DNA of 64,000 bases, taken from assembly GCF_009914755.1 (NCBI RefSeq), contig NC_060941.1; one strand, 5' to 3'. Shown piece by piece: positions 15,445 to 28,783 of the stretch (positions are counted from its first letter, which is position 1; each line of letters starts with the position of its first letter). The stretch is from the human T2T-CHM13v2.0 reference genome, Homo sapiens. The notes beneath the pieces were generated by a model. It saw nothing but the letters and a program-made list of their open reading frames with translations, was not told where the DNA came from and ran no database searches. A program made the position numbers and the translations under genes.

Positions 15445-15701
15445 GTCACCCAGGCTCAAGTGCAGTAGTGTGATCATAGTTCACTGTATCTTCAAACTCC
15501 TGGGCTCAAGTGATCGTCCCACTTCAACCTCCTGAGTAGCTGGTACTACAGGCCTATATCACCGCACCCGGCTGATTTTTAAAATGTTGTGAAGAGATAG
15601 GTCTTGCTGTATTGCCCAGGCTAGTCTTGAACTCCTACGCTCAGTCTTGCCTTAGCCTCCCAAAGTGCTGGAATTATAGGCATGAGCCACCATGCCCAGC
15701 C
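15445..15701 (-). mobile_element. AluJ lacking its 3' end and A-tail
   Basis: Starts abruptly at gtcacccagg; ctaatgaaaa repeated on both flanks. Confidence 0.85.
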
Positions 15702-17959
15702 TGCTAATGAAAATCTTCTAAATCTTGAGTTTATCACTTAAAATTGGGTATCATGTGTATCTCAAATTAGACACTTGTCTGTTTTAGCTTCAGTTTCCCC
15801 TACAGATCAATAGTTTACTACCAGTAATACGATAGGTCTCTTTGGTAGGGAGCAAGTAAAATTAATGAAAAATTCAAAGTATAACTTAAAAATGATATTA
15901 GGAATAATTTACTGATATGCATGTGGGAAATGCAAGTTCACTTCAGTTGTTGTTTTAACAGAGGGCACACAGAATTTAGAAGTCATTAGCATCCCTAGAA
16001 TTTATTTTTAGAGAAATATGGCTCTGCTTCAATATTTGACACATAATGTTGTATAGCTTTTTCTCTGCTTCATCTCTGTTTATTACATTTAATATTTATA
16101 TGGGCTCATTCTGATGTCTGTTCTGTGGCAGTGCCTGAATTGTCTTAGGACATGATTAATTGAAAAATAAGGTTTATAGAGTATGTTTATAAAATTTGTC
16201 TCTTAGATGCCACGTACTTCTTTAACTCTGGAGATGATTGAACAGAATTGTTACTAATACCTTTTAGCACTAGAGTCAGATTATAGAGGATTGGAGGATT
16301 TCAAATCAAATCTAGTTTTGCTTTTTTCTCATATTAAAAAAATTCTTCGTGTTTACCTTGTTTTCAGCTAGTAAGATTGAAGACTTTGTGGCACCATGTG
16401 GCATTCAACAAAATGAATCAGTTGAATGACTTACATAGTGTTATGGTATGTTATAAAACATAATTCTTTCCTATCTTCTGGGAGTCTCCTGAAGAAACCC
16501 TTTGAGAACTAATGGCCAGGTCATTTCACGGTGGCCTATATATAAGTCTGTAATATTTCTGGATTTTTAGTCTCTTGACCAGATTTTCCTGAGATTTGAA
16601 AATCAGAATTCAGGTCAAAAAGGATATAATTATGACAAATTGAGTAGGTTTTATATGGCATATTTGTTAAGCCTGCTAAAATTTAATGGTGATTGGAAAA
16701 CACCAATTATTCGAGTTTGAATATAGTAATTTGGGTTGCCTCTGTTAATACAGAGAATATTTCATTCAGTATACACTCCCACTCACATCATCTCTTTTTC
16801 TTTCCACTCTCATCTCACTTTAATACGAAACTATAGCTGTGAACTTTTGGGAGGGGAGAGTGAAGTCATAGGTGAAGACAGCTGGATCATGGATTTGTAC
16901 TTTGTGACTTTATATTTTCATTCCTTTGCTACTGAGGAAAGATGAAGCAGGCACATTTCAAAAGAACAGCTGACACTATCCATACAAAGACAGTAATTAC
17001 GTCAGTCACTATAATTCTTTGGAGTTTGTGGATCTTCTTTTACATGTATATGGCAGAGGTCTAGCTTGTAGGACTAGGCCAGAGGCAGATGAGTATAGAT
17101 TTTATACATGCCAATTGTACATGCTAAACCAGGTTCTAACCTTGTCTCTCCAGTTCCCTTTCTCCTTGAGTTCTGTTAGCCAGTGAATCCTAGTTTGATT
17201 GAATTAGGATAACTTTAAACTAACACAAGTGGGTCAAATTGTGAATAGTGAACCTTACTGTATTCAAACTTAACAATGATGTTATTTATTTAGTACAGGC
17301 CTGTAAACTACAGTGTCTGAGTTTTACGGTGCATTTTAGGATTATGGGACAAGGAAGTAGTTGGAGAAATCTCCTTTTGGCAACATGTTACTGCCTGGAA
17401 AGGAAAATCTCGAGGTTTTTTTTTTTAAGTTTCTATATTTTTCTTTGGCTAACGTATGTTTCCTTTTTACATAAAAGGAAACCTAAACCTGGAAGAAAGG
17501 TATTTACTGGCTCTACAGGTAGGGAATATCAGATGGTCTTTTGAATTTTTAGACACTTGAAGTTTTTGTTTCATTTTTGCTTGTTTGGTTTTTGCAGCCA
17601 ATGGAAAAACCTTTTAAGTAATAAGGACTAAGTTAAACTTCTAAATTCTTTATAATAAATCAATATGCTGATGTTCTGGATGAGATGGGAGACTGCCCTG
17701 AGTAGGTACAATATAACGACGTAAGCCTGGACATTCCAGATTACAGTCACTTCTGGACAATTTGGTTAGTTCAGGTGTCTTGCCTAATTAGGTGAAATTA
17801 AGAGAAGTTGTATACTATATGACAACGAAAACCTCTTCATTTTAGAGGTATTTGTAGGCATATAGAAATGGCGTGAACCATTCCTTTTCCTATCATTTCA
17901 GAACGGGCTCACTATTCAGTTGAGAGATTGTAGTCTTCAAGTAGTTTTAGTTATTTAAA

Positions 17960-18385
17960 TCTGTGTTTGTCAAACTGCAAGCTGAGCTCTAGTAACATTT
18001 TGGTTTTGAGGTAATTAGTCATGAAATCATATAAGGAGATTATGGCCAACATTTTTTTTTCTTTAATGAAGTAGAATAAAAGTGCAATTCTGCCACTGGT
18101 TCTGTGGACCAGCAGCATTGCTGTTATCTAGGAGCTTATCGGAAATACAGAATCTCAGATCCCAGCCAGACCCACAGTGTTAGAATATGCATTTATCTGC
18201 ATTGTAACATAATCTCAACATTAATGTTTATAAAACATTGAAATAAAAATAGTAACATTTATTACAGATAACACATTCATTAAATTATTGTTTCTGTCTT
18301 GTTTGTGTGTACTCGTGCACATACCAGCTTACACCTTAAAATGTATTTCTATGGGTTCACAGTCAAAAAAGTTTAAAATCTACTA
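17960..18385. mobile_element. hAT-Charlie-type element with nested MER5A fragment (about 18095-18200)
   Basis: Ends ctgtgtttgtcaaactg and cagtcaaaaaagtttaaaatctacta; internal ggaccagcagcattg...gaatctcagatcccagccagaccc is MER5A-like. Confidence 0.55.
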
Positions 18386-19634
18386 TTTTAAATGTGGATG
18401 CTGACATCGTACCGCTGGGTATGTTCTTATCTAACTGAGAGAGAGCTATCCTTGCTTGGCATTGGCATTGGCATCATCTCTAAAGTTTTGTTTTATTTTT
18501 TATCTATCCTATTTTTCCTTCTACCTCACTTTCTTCTAGTTATCTCTTGCGTGTCTCTGTTCCTTTCTTTGTATATAATGCGCTTCAAGCCTCAAAATTG
18601 TACTCACTATCGTGAAAACATTTTTCTCAAGTTTTGCTTTGTGGTCAAATATACTCAGTTTACTGGGAAAAAAATTAAGGCTAATCAGCAGGATTTTTAT
18701 TTTTTAATTCTAGAACCAATTTTGAAGAAGGAAATACCCACATTTTACCAATGTGCTTTTCTCCTCCATTTGTTATGATTTCCAAATGTCAGATGTTACA
18801 GTACCATTTGGTTTGGATATCATTAAATCACTCAGTTTTCTTTATGTGCAGATGTGCATGGCATATCTTAAATGCTAGGAACAGAATTTTGAGAAGAAAT
18901 ATGTATAACATTGAAGTCCCAGTTTCCCAGTTGTATTTAAAACAAGTGATTGTAGCTTTAGTTTGCTGCGTACTAACCTAATCTAGTGCAGACCAGGTAA
19001 AGGAAGCTAACCTCTTAGACCACTATTAAGAGATATCCTAATTTCCTGGATTATGGCCAAAAATAGAGAAAAATTATACTAGTTGTACTTAGTGTTTTTT
19101 CCTTTGACCAACAATATACAATTCAACTTACGACAAATAAGCAGCTTGAAAAATATGTGCCTCTTTCTGTGGTTCTGAGACTGGAACCAGTGAAAAGCAG
19201 ACAATTCATATCAAATTTTTTATCCAGTCATCGTTAGCTAATTTTAACCATTTTGTGTCACATAGCTACACATTTGTTGCTATTGATCTCACTCTTCTCC
19301 ATCTGGTTATTCCATTTAACTTATACCTTGTTTTAAAGGGCTTCAGCAGTGAATTTTATTTTATTTTAACTTAGAAATACTACAGGGGTGCTCCAGAAAA
19401 GGGGGAGAAATAGAAAATTTTGAATCTCTAACTCTGAAAATTAAGGGCCTTGTTACTACACATCATTCTGTTTATTGGTTATATCAGACAGTATGTACAG
19501 CAGAATTGTAAATGATTACTAATTTTTTAGTTATTTTTATCCATACTCTATAACAGTATGATATACTTGTATTTGCTAATGTTAAATGAGTTTTTCTCTA
19601 ATTTTTTGTGCATTTTTCCCCCTTTTCCATGAAG

Positions 19635-19679
19635 GCCTTATCTCTTTGGAGCGGGGTGTTTTTCCATAAAAGCCCCATG
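19635..19679 (+). CDS. BCAS3: BCAS3 45-nt alternative cassette exon (phase 2 to 2)
   Basis: tttttcccccttttccatgaag|G CCT TAT CTC TTT GGA GCG GGG TGT TTT TCC ATA AAA GCC CCA TG|gtgagt; encodes (G)PYLFGAGCFSIKAP(C), the segment recalled from the longer BCAS3 isoform; symmetric phase, so skippable in frame. Missed by the ORF track. Confidence 0.9.
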
Positions 19680-20404
19680 GTGAGTTCCAGTTCAGTCCCG
19701 CATGCCTCATTCATTTGCTGTACTCTCAAAAAGTAATTTGTTTTGTAGTTTTGTTTCCAGTTGCATGGCCTGATCACAGATAGATGCACCAAGTTACTGA
19801 ATAATTTGTAGATGGAACATGAATGTTGATATTTAAGCTTTAGAAAAGTGGTTTTCTTGGTTTCACTTCATTCTTTAAAAAGTAAAAAACAAAAAAAAAA
19901 AAACCACAGATGAATTTTTTTTAAATAGAAGAATTCTCTCATAATGCTCGTAAATATTACAAGACAAGGCTAACACCCAAGTTTAAAGCTTTGAGTATTA
20001 TGGCATTAGAAGTTACCTACATATCATGCATAGCATTTGAGGACATGATTTATTTTGAAATATAAATATATTTAAGGTATACCAAAAGCACCTTATAAAG
20101 TTTTTGTTGCATTTTATTTGGTCCTAAAGAGACAAAAGTTCTGTTTTTGAATAGTTTAGGTATTTAAGGAGCTACATAATGACAAAATATATATTTTACA
20201 TAAAACCTCCTAAATAATTTATTATTTTGAATTATTAGCACATACTCATCATAGCTTAATTATTTGGTAAATTCTTTCATGTCAGTGCACAGAATACAGC
20301 TTTGTCAGTCTTAGACAGGAAGGTCATAGAAAAGAATTCGAATATATTTAATACTTTCATGTAAAGATAGGAAGTAGAATGTGTTAAGAATGGTATAAAA
20401 TGTT

Positions 20405-20640
20405 TAATGGTTAAGAGTCAGACTGCCTGGGTCTTAGATCCCAATTGACACACTTACTAGCTATATGATTTGGGGGGAGTTTTCTAAAACCTTTCTATTT
20501 CTTATTTCCTTATGTATTAAATGTACCTATGTAATGGACTCACTATGAGTATTAAATAAGCTGATACATATCTCAGTATGTGTTAGTATATAACAGTGCC
20601 TGGCACATAGTAAATGTGCAGTAAATGTTAGCTGCTACCA
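20405..20640 (+). mobile_element. MIR
   Basis: ggttaagagtcagactgcctgggt...acagtgcctggcacatagtaaatg...taaatgttagctgcta. Confidence 0.8.
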
Positions 20641-23600
20641 CTGTTTCTTTTCCTGTTTCAGGGAAAAATACCGTGTTTCAAAAGAAGCTTATTTAAATTA
20701 GATTATGTTTTTCACTTTTAAGGATATGTTAACCAGTGCGAAGTTTTGAGAAATGTAAGCTATATTAATTTTATTAATTTAGTCAGAATACTGAAAAGAG
20801 TTCTGCACATATGTGTAGTTCTCATAACTGCTAAATGGGGATTGTTCATACTGTTCTATTACACTAGAAAAAAACATTCCAACGTTTTTTCCTCTTGGAC
20901 AGAAAGAAGCTTAAATAGTTCTTTAAGGTTAATTATTATTTGACACAAACTTATTTCAATGTTTATATGCCATAGGAAGATCTGAAAATTTTGTTATTGC
21001 TTAATAATAGGTGACATAAAACAAATCAACATAAAATTTTCCTCCTTGAAAATTATAATTAGACACAGTTTGCAAAACTATTCTAAACAAATTCAGGATA
21101 TACAAGAATATAAATCTCATGAAAGTTGATCTTTATTCATTTTGTTAACCAGATGTCTTCTAAAAACAAATAAGATACACAGATCTTACTTATGAGCCTT
21201 CCAGTGATCAGTGAATTTTAAATGCCACATTCAACATATGACAAAATTTCTTTGTAAACTTAGAATTAAATTCCATTTTAGGATAAATTCTTCTTCTAAG
21301 TACAAAGCAAAGAGTTGTAGTATGTTAATAAAGATTGAAGTTTTGCATAGAAGTAAAAGATGGAATAACAACTGTTGTATGTTAAGTAAGTAAAGTTCAT
21401 TCCTTCAACAGCTTACGTGCTCCTCACATTTAAGCAAAAGCACTTGTCAACCAGAAATGATTTGAGGTTGAAACAAGATTAAAAGAGCCAGATTAAAGAA
21501 AGGGATATATTAAATATAGTAGACTTTTAAATCATTGCCTGTCTTTTAGAAGACTGCTTTGTGGTTTGTTTGATGCCATCGTTAGCTCACAAGAAACTCG
21601 TTTTTAGTCACTTATACTAGACTAAAAGGTTCTCCTTTAAAATGTTACTTTCCCAGTGGTGCATGTTTTTTCCATTAAGATCTTAATGAAACCTCAAATT
21701 AAGGCAGCAAATGAATATAAATTTGACAACTTCTTCCATTTTGTTTATAAGAGCTCCTTTGTTTTAATAGTTTTTGCTATTTTTCCATGTTATTTAGCAT
21801 TCAACCTGAGAATGTTTTTATGTACTGTTCTGAAATAAAACATTATATGCTAAATAAATATGTTTTTAGTATATCCAGTTATAGGGTAATATATGTATTT
21901 TGGATGAAAAATGAAATTTTTAAATGAAATGTAAATTTTCTACAAACTTTTTATTAGTTTCGAGTTGCAACGTTAACACTTAGCTAAGAATTTGCTTTTG
22001 GTATATCACAATTTCTGCTAGTTCTTTATTCTCCATTAAACAGGTTTAGTCCTTTACATTCATATACTTTCAGATGAGTCGTTATAAAATACAGTCGTTC
22101 CCTTTGGTAACAAAATAAGCTTGTTGGAAAGTAAACTATGCATCTTCAACATTTTAGTCACTTTGGACTTCCCTGGTATTATGTGTCATCTAGGTTAGTT
22201 TAGGATATTTGAGTTTGGATGACTATATAAAATAATACAAAAGAATTACACATATAACATACTTTTTTAAACATAGGAATTTAAGATAAATAATCCCAGT
22301 GTGAATTTTTGAATCTGAATTTTGCTTTCAATATTACAAATAAATAGGAATGTATCAAGCTCTGAATTTGCATGTAGTGTTGTATTTAAGCTACTGTTAT
22401 TTTTGAATTGCTTATCAAAAAACATACATGACAGGTAGACAATGGGTAGTCCATATAAGTATATTTCTTCCTCATAAAATGTTTTCATATTATATAAGGG
22501 TAAATTTTAAAGAATTAAAATTTGCATATTAAATTAGAAAGTTTTAATTAGTGTTTTCTAAGAGTTTTGATCAAGCTATAAACAGTTCATGTAAACTAAT
22601 CTTGTTCTCTTAAATATTTTAAAATTTTATGATTTCATTTTTTGAAAGATACGATTTATATGGAGAGGAGAATTTATTCTTACCTGCCACATTTACACAA
22701 ATCTGTTAGACCTTTAAGAAAAATTTATGACAGAATAGAATAATTTCAGACAGATTATTAATATCTTTAGTTATTTGAAATAAAATGCTTCCAGTTCTCC
22801 CATTTAGGTCTTATGTTAGAAACTAAGATTGAGAATGAGAAAAAACTTCTAAAAGAATATAAAGAATATTTTTTCTTTTATAGAAAGCTGTTATACCACT
22901 TGTAATACTTAGATCAATATTGGGTCTTACATTTAAACTCAAATATTGACTATTCTTTTATGTTTTAAAAATGAAAAGAAACGGTGCTTCTGTCTCATGT
23001 TAGCGCCTTCCATGCTTGTGTCCTTCCACAGAAGGCACTGGAGCACATTGCTGCTTATCATGCTGTCCACAGATACTTCACATCTGTCCTATTCAGATGG
23101 AGATCATTGTCCTGTAATTTTTAAGCAGATATCATTAGAATTTTGTACTCTTTTTTTTCTCTCTTTGCAGTTGGGTGTGGAGAAAAAAATAGGCCAGAGA
23201 AATTCAATATATTGACCTGGCTGGATTACATAATAAAGGCCAAGGGAAGAAAAATGGGGAACTTTAGTAGCCTTTGCAAATATTTTTGAAGTCCTAGTAA
23301 TGTTAATATCCCTATAACTTCCTCTGATTGCAGTGAAAATGATTCTCGTTCTATGGTTAGACAGTTAAGCGTTTCCTCAGAAGAAATGACAAAGAGTTAA
23401 ACTCCTGATTTTTAATTTAGCATCTTATTTGTTAATTTGGTTATTCGGTTTTTTTGTTTGCTTGCGTGTTTGTTTTTCTTTTGATTACATTGATTCGTAT
23501 CAGGCTTAGTAAATATGATGTTTTATGATTGTCATTTTTATGATGCTGAAAGTTGAATTTATTCCATTTTTTCTTTTATTTTTTGCTCAAAAGTTAAGTC

Positions 23601-25968
23601 AAATTTTTAAAAAATTATTGAACATGGGGTTATGTGTGAAAAACTAAGGGTAGTAAAGGAACAGGAATTGTCAGTAGAAAGGAGTCCATCGAGAGTATGT
23701 CTTGTTCTCATGTATAACCATTTTAAAAAAAAATGGATGAGTCCACATAATCAATACAGTTAAACTTTTGGGCATCAATACAAATTTAAATATTTTTCTA
23801 TCATTGTATTATTAACTTAATAAATGATTAAATAAATGAGGGAAGGCATCCAAACACCCAGAGAAATTCTTTCTAAACTTGCAAATGTTCTTTAATGAGA
23901 TTTTTTAAAGACCCCTTTTGGAGGAGAAAGGGAGATGTTGAGAACAAGAGAGAAAAAAAAGGTTAGCATTGGAGTGCTTTCCTATGAGGGTTGGGTCAGC
24001 AATCTGTAAATTTACATAATATACAAAGCTAGCACTTTTCTAATACATTCACGTATGTATCATTTTTCAATGTTTTATCTTTCTGTCAACAAAAGGTTAT
24101 TTTGTGATAGAAATATTCTAGGTCATTGTGGAAAAGTTCATACATTGTATGTCACTGGCATATTGCTAGAAAAGCCCTTCTACTTCTGCCAAGCTTTCTT
24201 GGACTTTTAAAAACTTAGGATGAAGGGCAGATTGAACCCAAGTTAAAATTTCTAACTTTGAGTGTATCCCATAGAAGATATTTTATTCATAACGTTCTTT
24301 TTATTAGATTATTTCTCCTTTTTATTCCTCTGCAAATCTTAAAGACACACACATATTTTTATGTTTTTATTTTGCTGAAATACCACAATCATTCCAGATT
24401 ATAGATTGATGATAGAAATAACTTGATATGAATGTGTTTACCCAATATGCTTCATACCCAACACACAACACTATGTTATGTAGCAGATAGCAAGTTATTT
24501 TCAGGGTGAAAACTCTTTTGACTCCTTAATAAACACAGACTTTTACTAATGAAATTTAAGGCCCTATCAGAGGAAAAAAGAAATGATGAAATATAAAAAT
24601 AAAAATGGTAATTCTTTACTGAAATTAAGCATAGTTTTACCATAAAATACTTATTTTCTGTAGGAGATACTGAGCTTATGTAAAAATAACACCGTGTTGA
24701 TGCTTTTTACTTGTGTGTTCCAAAACAGAATTGTATGTAACTTATAGATGTATAAGAGATTTTAGCTTTTGACATGAGCTGATTAGACTCTAAACTAGTA
24801 AACATACAAAAAATATTTTTTGTATGTCAAAAAACTAAATTGACGTCCTCTCATTTTTCTACTTTTTATTATCATGTTAGAAAGTTTGCCATCTGGCCTG
24901 GAAGCAACTATTTTTAAGTCTGTTTAGGATGCATACTTCAGAGGGACCATATTTTCTCTTAAGAAGAGGCATGCTCACTTGTTACTTACCACATGATTTA
25001 AAAACAACAACAATGACATCCAGTAATTTGCAAAGAGCTTTGAGTTTGTCCCAATGAAGCTTGTTGGTACATTGTAGTAGCTTTGTTCTCTGATGGTGAT
25101 TCTAGTAAAAGCACATAGTCGCACAATTGCAAACTGCTTTCAAAAAATTCTACAATACTTTTCTCTTTCCCGTTCCCCCAGCCACCATCTTCCCAAAACT
25201 CCTAAGGATTAAAAATGACCAGTGGTACCTCAAAGATACCAGCTAGAGGAATTTGTCAGTTCAATGATAGCAGTTTAGTGATGGAAATAAAAGCTTTGAA
25301 AGAAGCCTTATATTCTCAGGTAATGCAACAGAGAGCATCATAACCAGAAAGAACAATTCTGATGCCAGTGACCCAGATATCATGGGAAGGTGCATATTTG
25401 TTCAGGTATAGGGCAGAGGAGAGTCTTCCTTTCTGGAGGTATGTTACTACAGTTGTGACAGATGCAAGTATGAAGAGGTGAAACAGTTTATAGAGCCAGA
25501 TTCAGCTTCCCACAGAAACTTTTTATTTAAAAACGATGTCTTTATTCCCTGTCACTGGAAGTCTCACTGTGACTGGTTGACATTTTAGGCATGGATGTTT
25601 TTTGTTGCAGGAATAATGAGAAGTGTTTTAAGAAATGTAAATGGCAGAAGAGGTTTCTTTCATATATAGTAATATGCATTACCATGGATTTTGTTCAAAG
25701 TGGGGAGACCAAAGGGACCAATCATAGTTGCCTCTGATCCAGACTTAGCCATCCTTAGAGGAAGATGTTTAAACAAGCCTCAGGAAATAAGATGTCTGAG
25801 AGACTATTTAAAATGTCATAGGAACTGGGAAACTGAGATTACCAAAGCAAAGTCTGAATTTTTTGAAGATTAGGTTGGGGCTGAGGGCCATATAGAAAAG
25901 TTAGTATTTGCTGAGTACTGTGATATGGGAAAGTACTGCCCTGGGAACTTTACCTGCTTTGTCTAATA

Positions 25969-26151
25969 TAGTGGTTCTCAGAGTTGAGCATGCATCAGAA
26001 TCATCTGGAGGGTTTGTTTCAAAACACGGATTGTTGGGCTCCATTCCCAGAATTTCTGATTTAGTAGGTCTGGGATGGGGCCTATGAGTATTTGCTTGCA
26101 CTCCTAAGAAGTCCTCAGGTGGTACTATGAGCTGGGGACAGTGCTTTGAGA
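25969..26151. mobile_element. MER5A
   Basis: agtggttctcagagttgagcatgcatcagaatcatctggagg...tgatttagtaggtctgggatggggcc. Confidence 0.8.
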
Positions 26152-26164
26152 TAATATAATCATT

Positions 26165-26330
26165 AAAATAATCCTATGAAGTAGGCATTACTATTTCTAT
26201 TTTACATATTAGTAGTCTGAGCTCTGAGAGGTTACATAACTTAACCAAAAGTCACACAGCTCAGAGGTGCCAGCACTGGGATTCAACTACATGTTTCTTC
26301 CTGACTCCAAAACTATCTCTTTCCATCCCA
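26165..26330 (-). mobile_element. MIR
   Basis: aatcctatgaagtaggc...gaggttacataacttaaccaaaagtcacacagc...gggattcaac...ctgactccaaa. Confidence 0.75.
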
Positions 26331-26999
26331 CCATACTTTAGTAAAGGATGAAAACAAAAATTGAGCAAAATAAGGTAGAACTAATGTTTGACATTGGAGG
26401 CTAACTAGCAGAGAGGAACATCAGAGCTCTAGTTTTTATTGTTTCCTACCTTGGCTGTGATCTTTACCAGTGCACGATGAGGCTACTGGTTTATGAATTA
26501 GAGAAAATAATTTATCAAAGGTGATTGGCAAAATTGCTTTGGGAAGCCCTTGATAAACCAAAAGAGAACAGAAATACGGGATTGAAAAGGTGTGAGGTCG
26601 ATATTAGAAGCTGAGCATGAAAACTTATTTGTGGAAAACAGAGGAGATCTACTTCTTTTGAATGGCAGTGACAGGAAGTAATGGCAGTTACTAAATGTGT
26701 CCTCAGACATATGAGCAACAGAAAAGATTTAGGTTTGAGAGGCTATTGATATGTAATTCCACCTTGGTCTTTTTCTCTGAACAAAAATAGACACATCATT
26801 TTCACAAATCCGAGAAGAAAAAGAGACAACAGGAAGATCAGTGAATATAATTGCATTAGATGATTAGCTATTCTTCCCTTGCACTGTCTAACTCTCCATA
26901 GCATTGTGGCCGAGAGAGCATTTTCAAGGCTTCATTCTATATCACCTCATTTTCATCCATGCTGTCTAAATTCATTTATACTGTTAATCCCACATCTTA

Positions 27000-27053
27000 T
27001 AGATTGGTGCAAAGGCAGTGGCAAAAACCACAATTACTTTTGCATCAACCTAA
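27000..27053. mobile_element. MADE1 (Hsmar1-derived MITE), internally deleted
   Basis: tagattggtgcaaa...ggcaaaaaccacaattacttttgcatcaacctaa matches MADE1 TIR sequence. Confidence 0.8.
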
Positions 27054-27345
27054 TATATATAGAAATGAAGTGATAAACCATTTTATTATTGTGAGATGTT
27101 CATGCTGGTACTATTGCTTCACTTTGAAATTTCTAGGGAAATGTTACTCATCTGAAAAGAGGTGACTTGGATTTTGCCAGCACATACTTCAAAAAGGAGT
27201 TGATTTTTATTGGTCTTATAAATGTTGCTCTCTTTACAAAACTCTGGAACTTTGAAATAATTCTACTTTTACTCCAGAACATAGTCTCACATCACCATTT
27301 ATTACTTAAGGCAAAATGCATGTTCATACTGGAGGATTTGAATAG

Positions 27346-27573
<228 letters not shown>

Positions 27574-27879
27574 TGAAAAATGAATGCTCTATTTGTAATT
27601 TTTGCTTCTTAAGGAAAATTTTTAGCAGTTTCCCTAGAATAATCTTGTACCCAGTAGTCTGGAAACCAATTTTTTTAATGTAATTAGCATGTCACTTCTC
27701 AACTACTCAAGCCTAGTCAAGAAGAAAAACTATCCTCTCAGTATGAACGTTAATGAATTGCCCACTGAGTGATTTTGTTTTGTTTTGTTGGTGACAATCT
27801 ACAGGTGATCTCAATGCTGTCAATTCTATACCCATTTTATACCTTTTACATTTTTACAAGCTAGTTTCACCCCTGGTCT

Positions 27880-28025
27880 GTGAAGTACAGAGAGGAAAAG
27901 CGTCATTGTCCCTGTTTTAGAGATGAAGAACTTGAGACCAGCAAGTTTAAATATCTTAGCTAAAAGTACTGGTTAGTTAGGCAATGGAATCAGAGTTTGA
28001 AACCAGATTTTCTAATGCTAAAAAT
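27880..28025 (-). mobile_element. MIR
   Basis: tgtcctgttttagagatgaagaacttgagacc...ggaatcagagtttgaaaccag. Confidence 0.6.
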
Positions 28026-28072
28026 CTTCACATTAAAAAAATCAACTCTGCCATGTTTTAAAACACAATTAA

Positions 28073-28434
<362 letters not shown>

Positions 28435-28442
28435 TTAATATA

Positions 28443-28783
28443 CAGTAGTCTCTCCTTATCTGTGGAGGATACATCCAAGACCTCCAGTGGATGGCCGAAA
28501 CCTCGGATGGTACGGAGCCCTATATGGTACAATGCATTTCAGTCTAATAACTGAGATAGGTACTATGGGACTAATGGGTTGGTAGCGTATACAGCGTGGA
28601 TATGCTGGACAAAGGATGATTCATGTCCCAGGCAGGACAGATGGGACAACGAGAGATTTTACCACGCTATTCAGTCTGCCATTTGAAGCTTATGAATTGT
28701 TTATTTCTGGAATTTTCCGTTTAATATTTTTGGACTGCAGTTGACCATGGGTAACTGAACTCGCACCTAAGGAGGGACTACTG
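28443..28783 (-). mobile_element. MER44/Tigger7-derived DNA transposon
   Basis: TIRs cagtagtctctcctta ... taaggagggactactg, flanked by TA at 28441-28442 and 28784-28785. Confidence 0.82.

Noticed and set aside
18392-18778. 128-aa hydrophobic ORF resembling a membrane protein
   Set aside because: Hydrophobicity follows from T-rich intronic composition; no recognisable family or splice context.
25330-26740. L3/CR1-like fragments (ttccctgtcactggaag; aagatttaggtttgaga)
   Set aside because: Similarity too short to delimit without a profile search.
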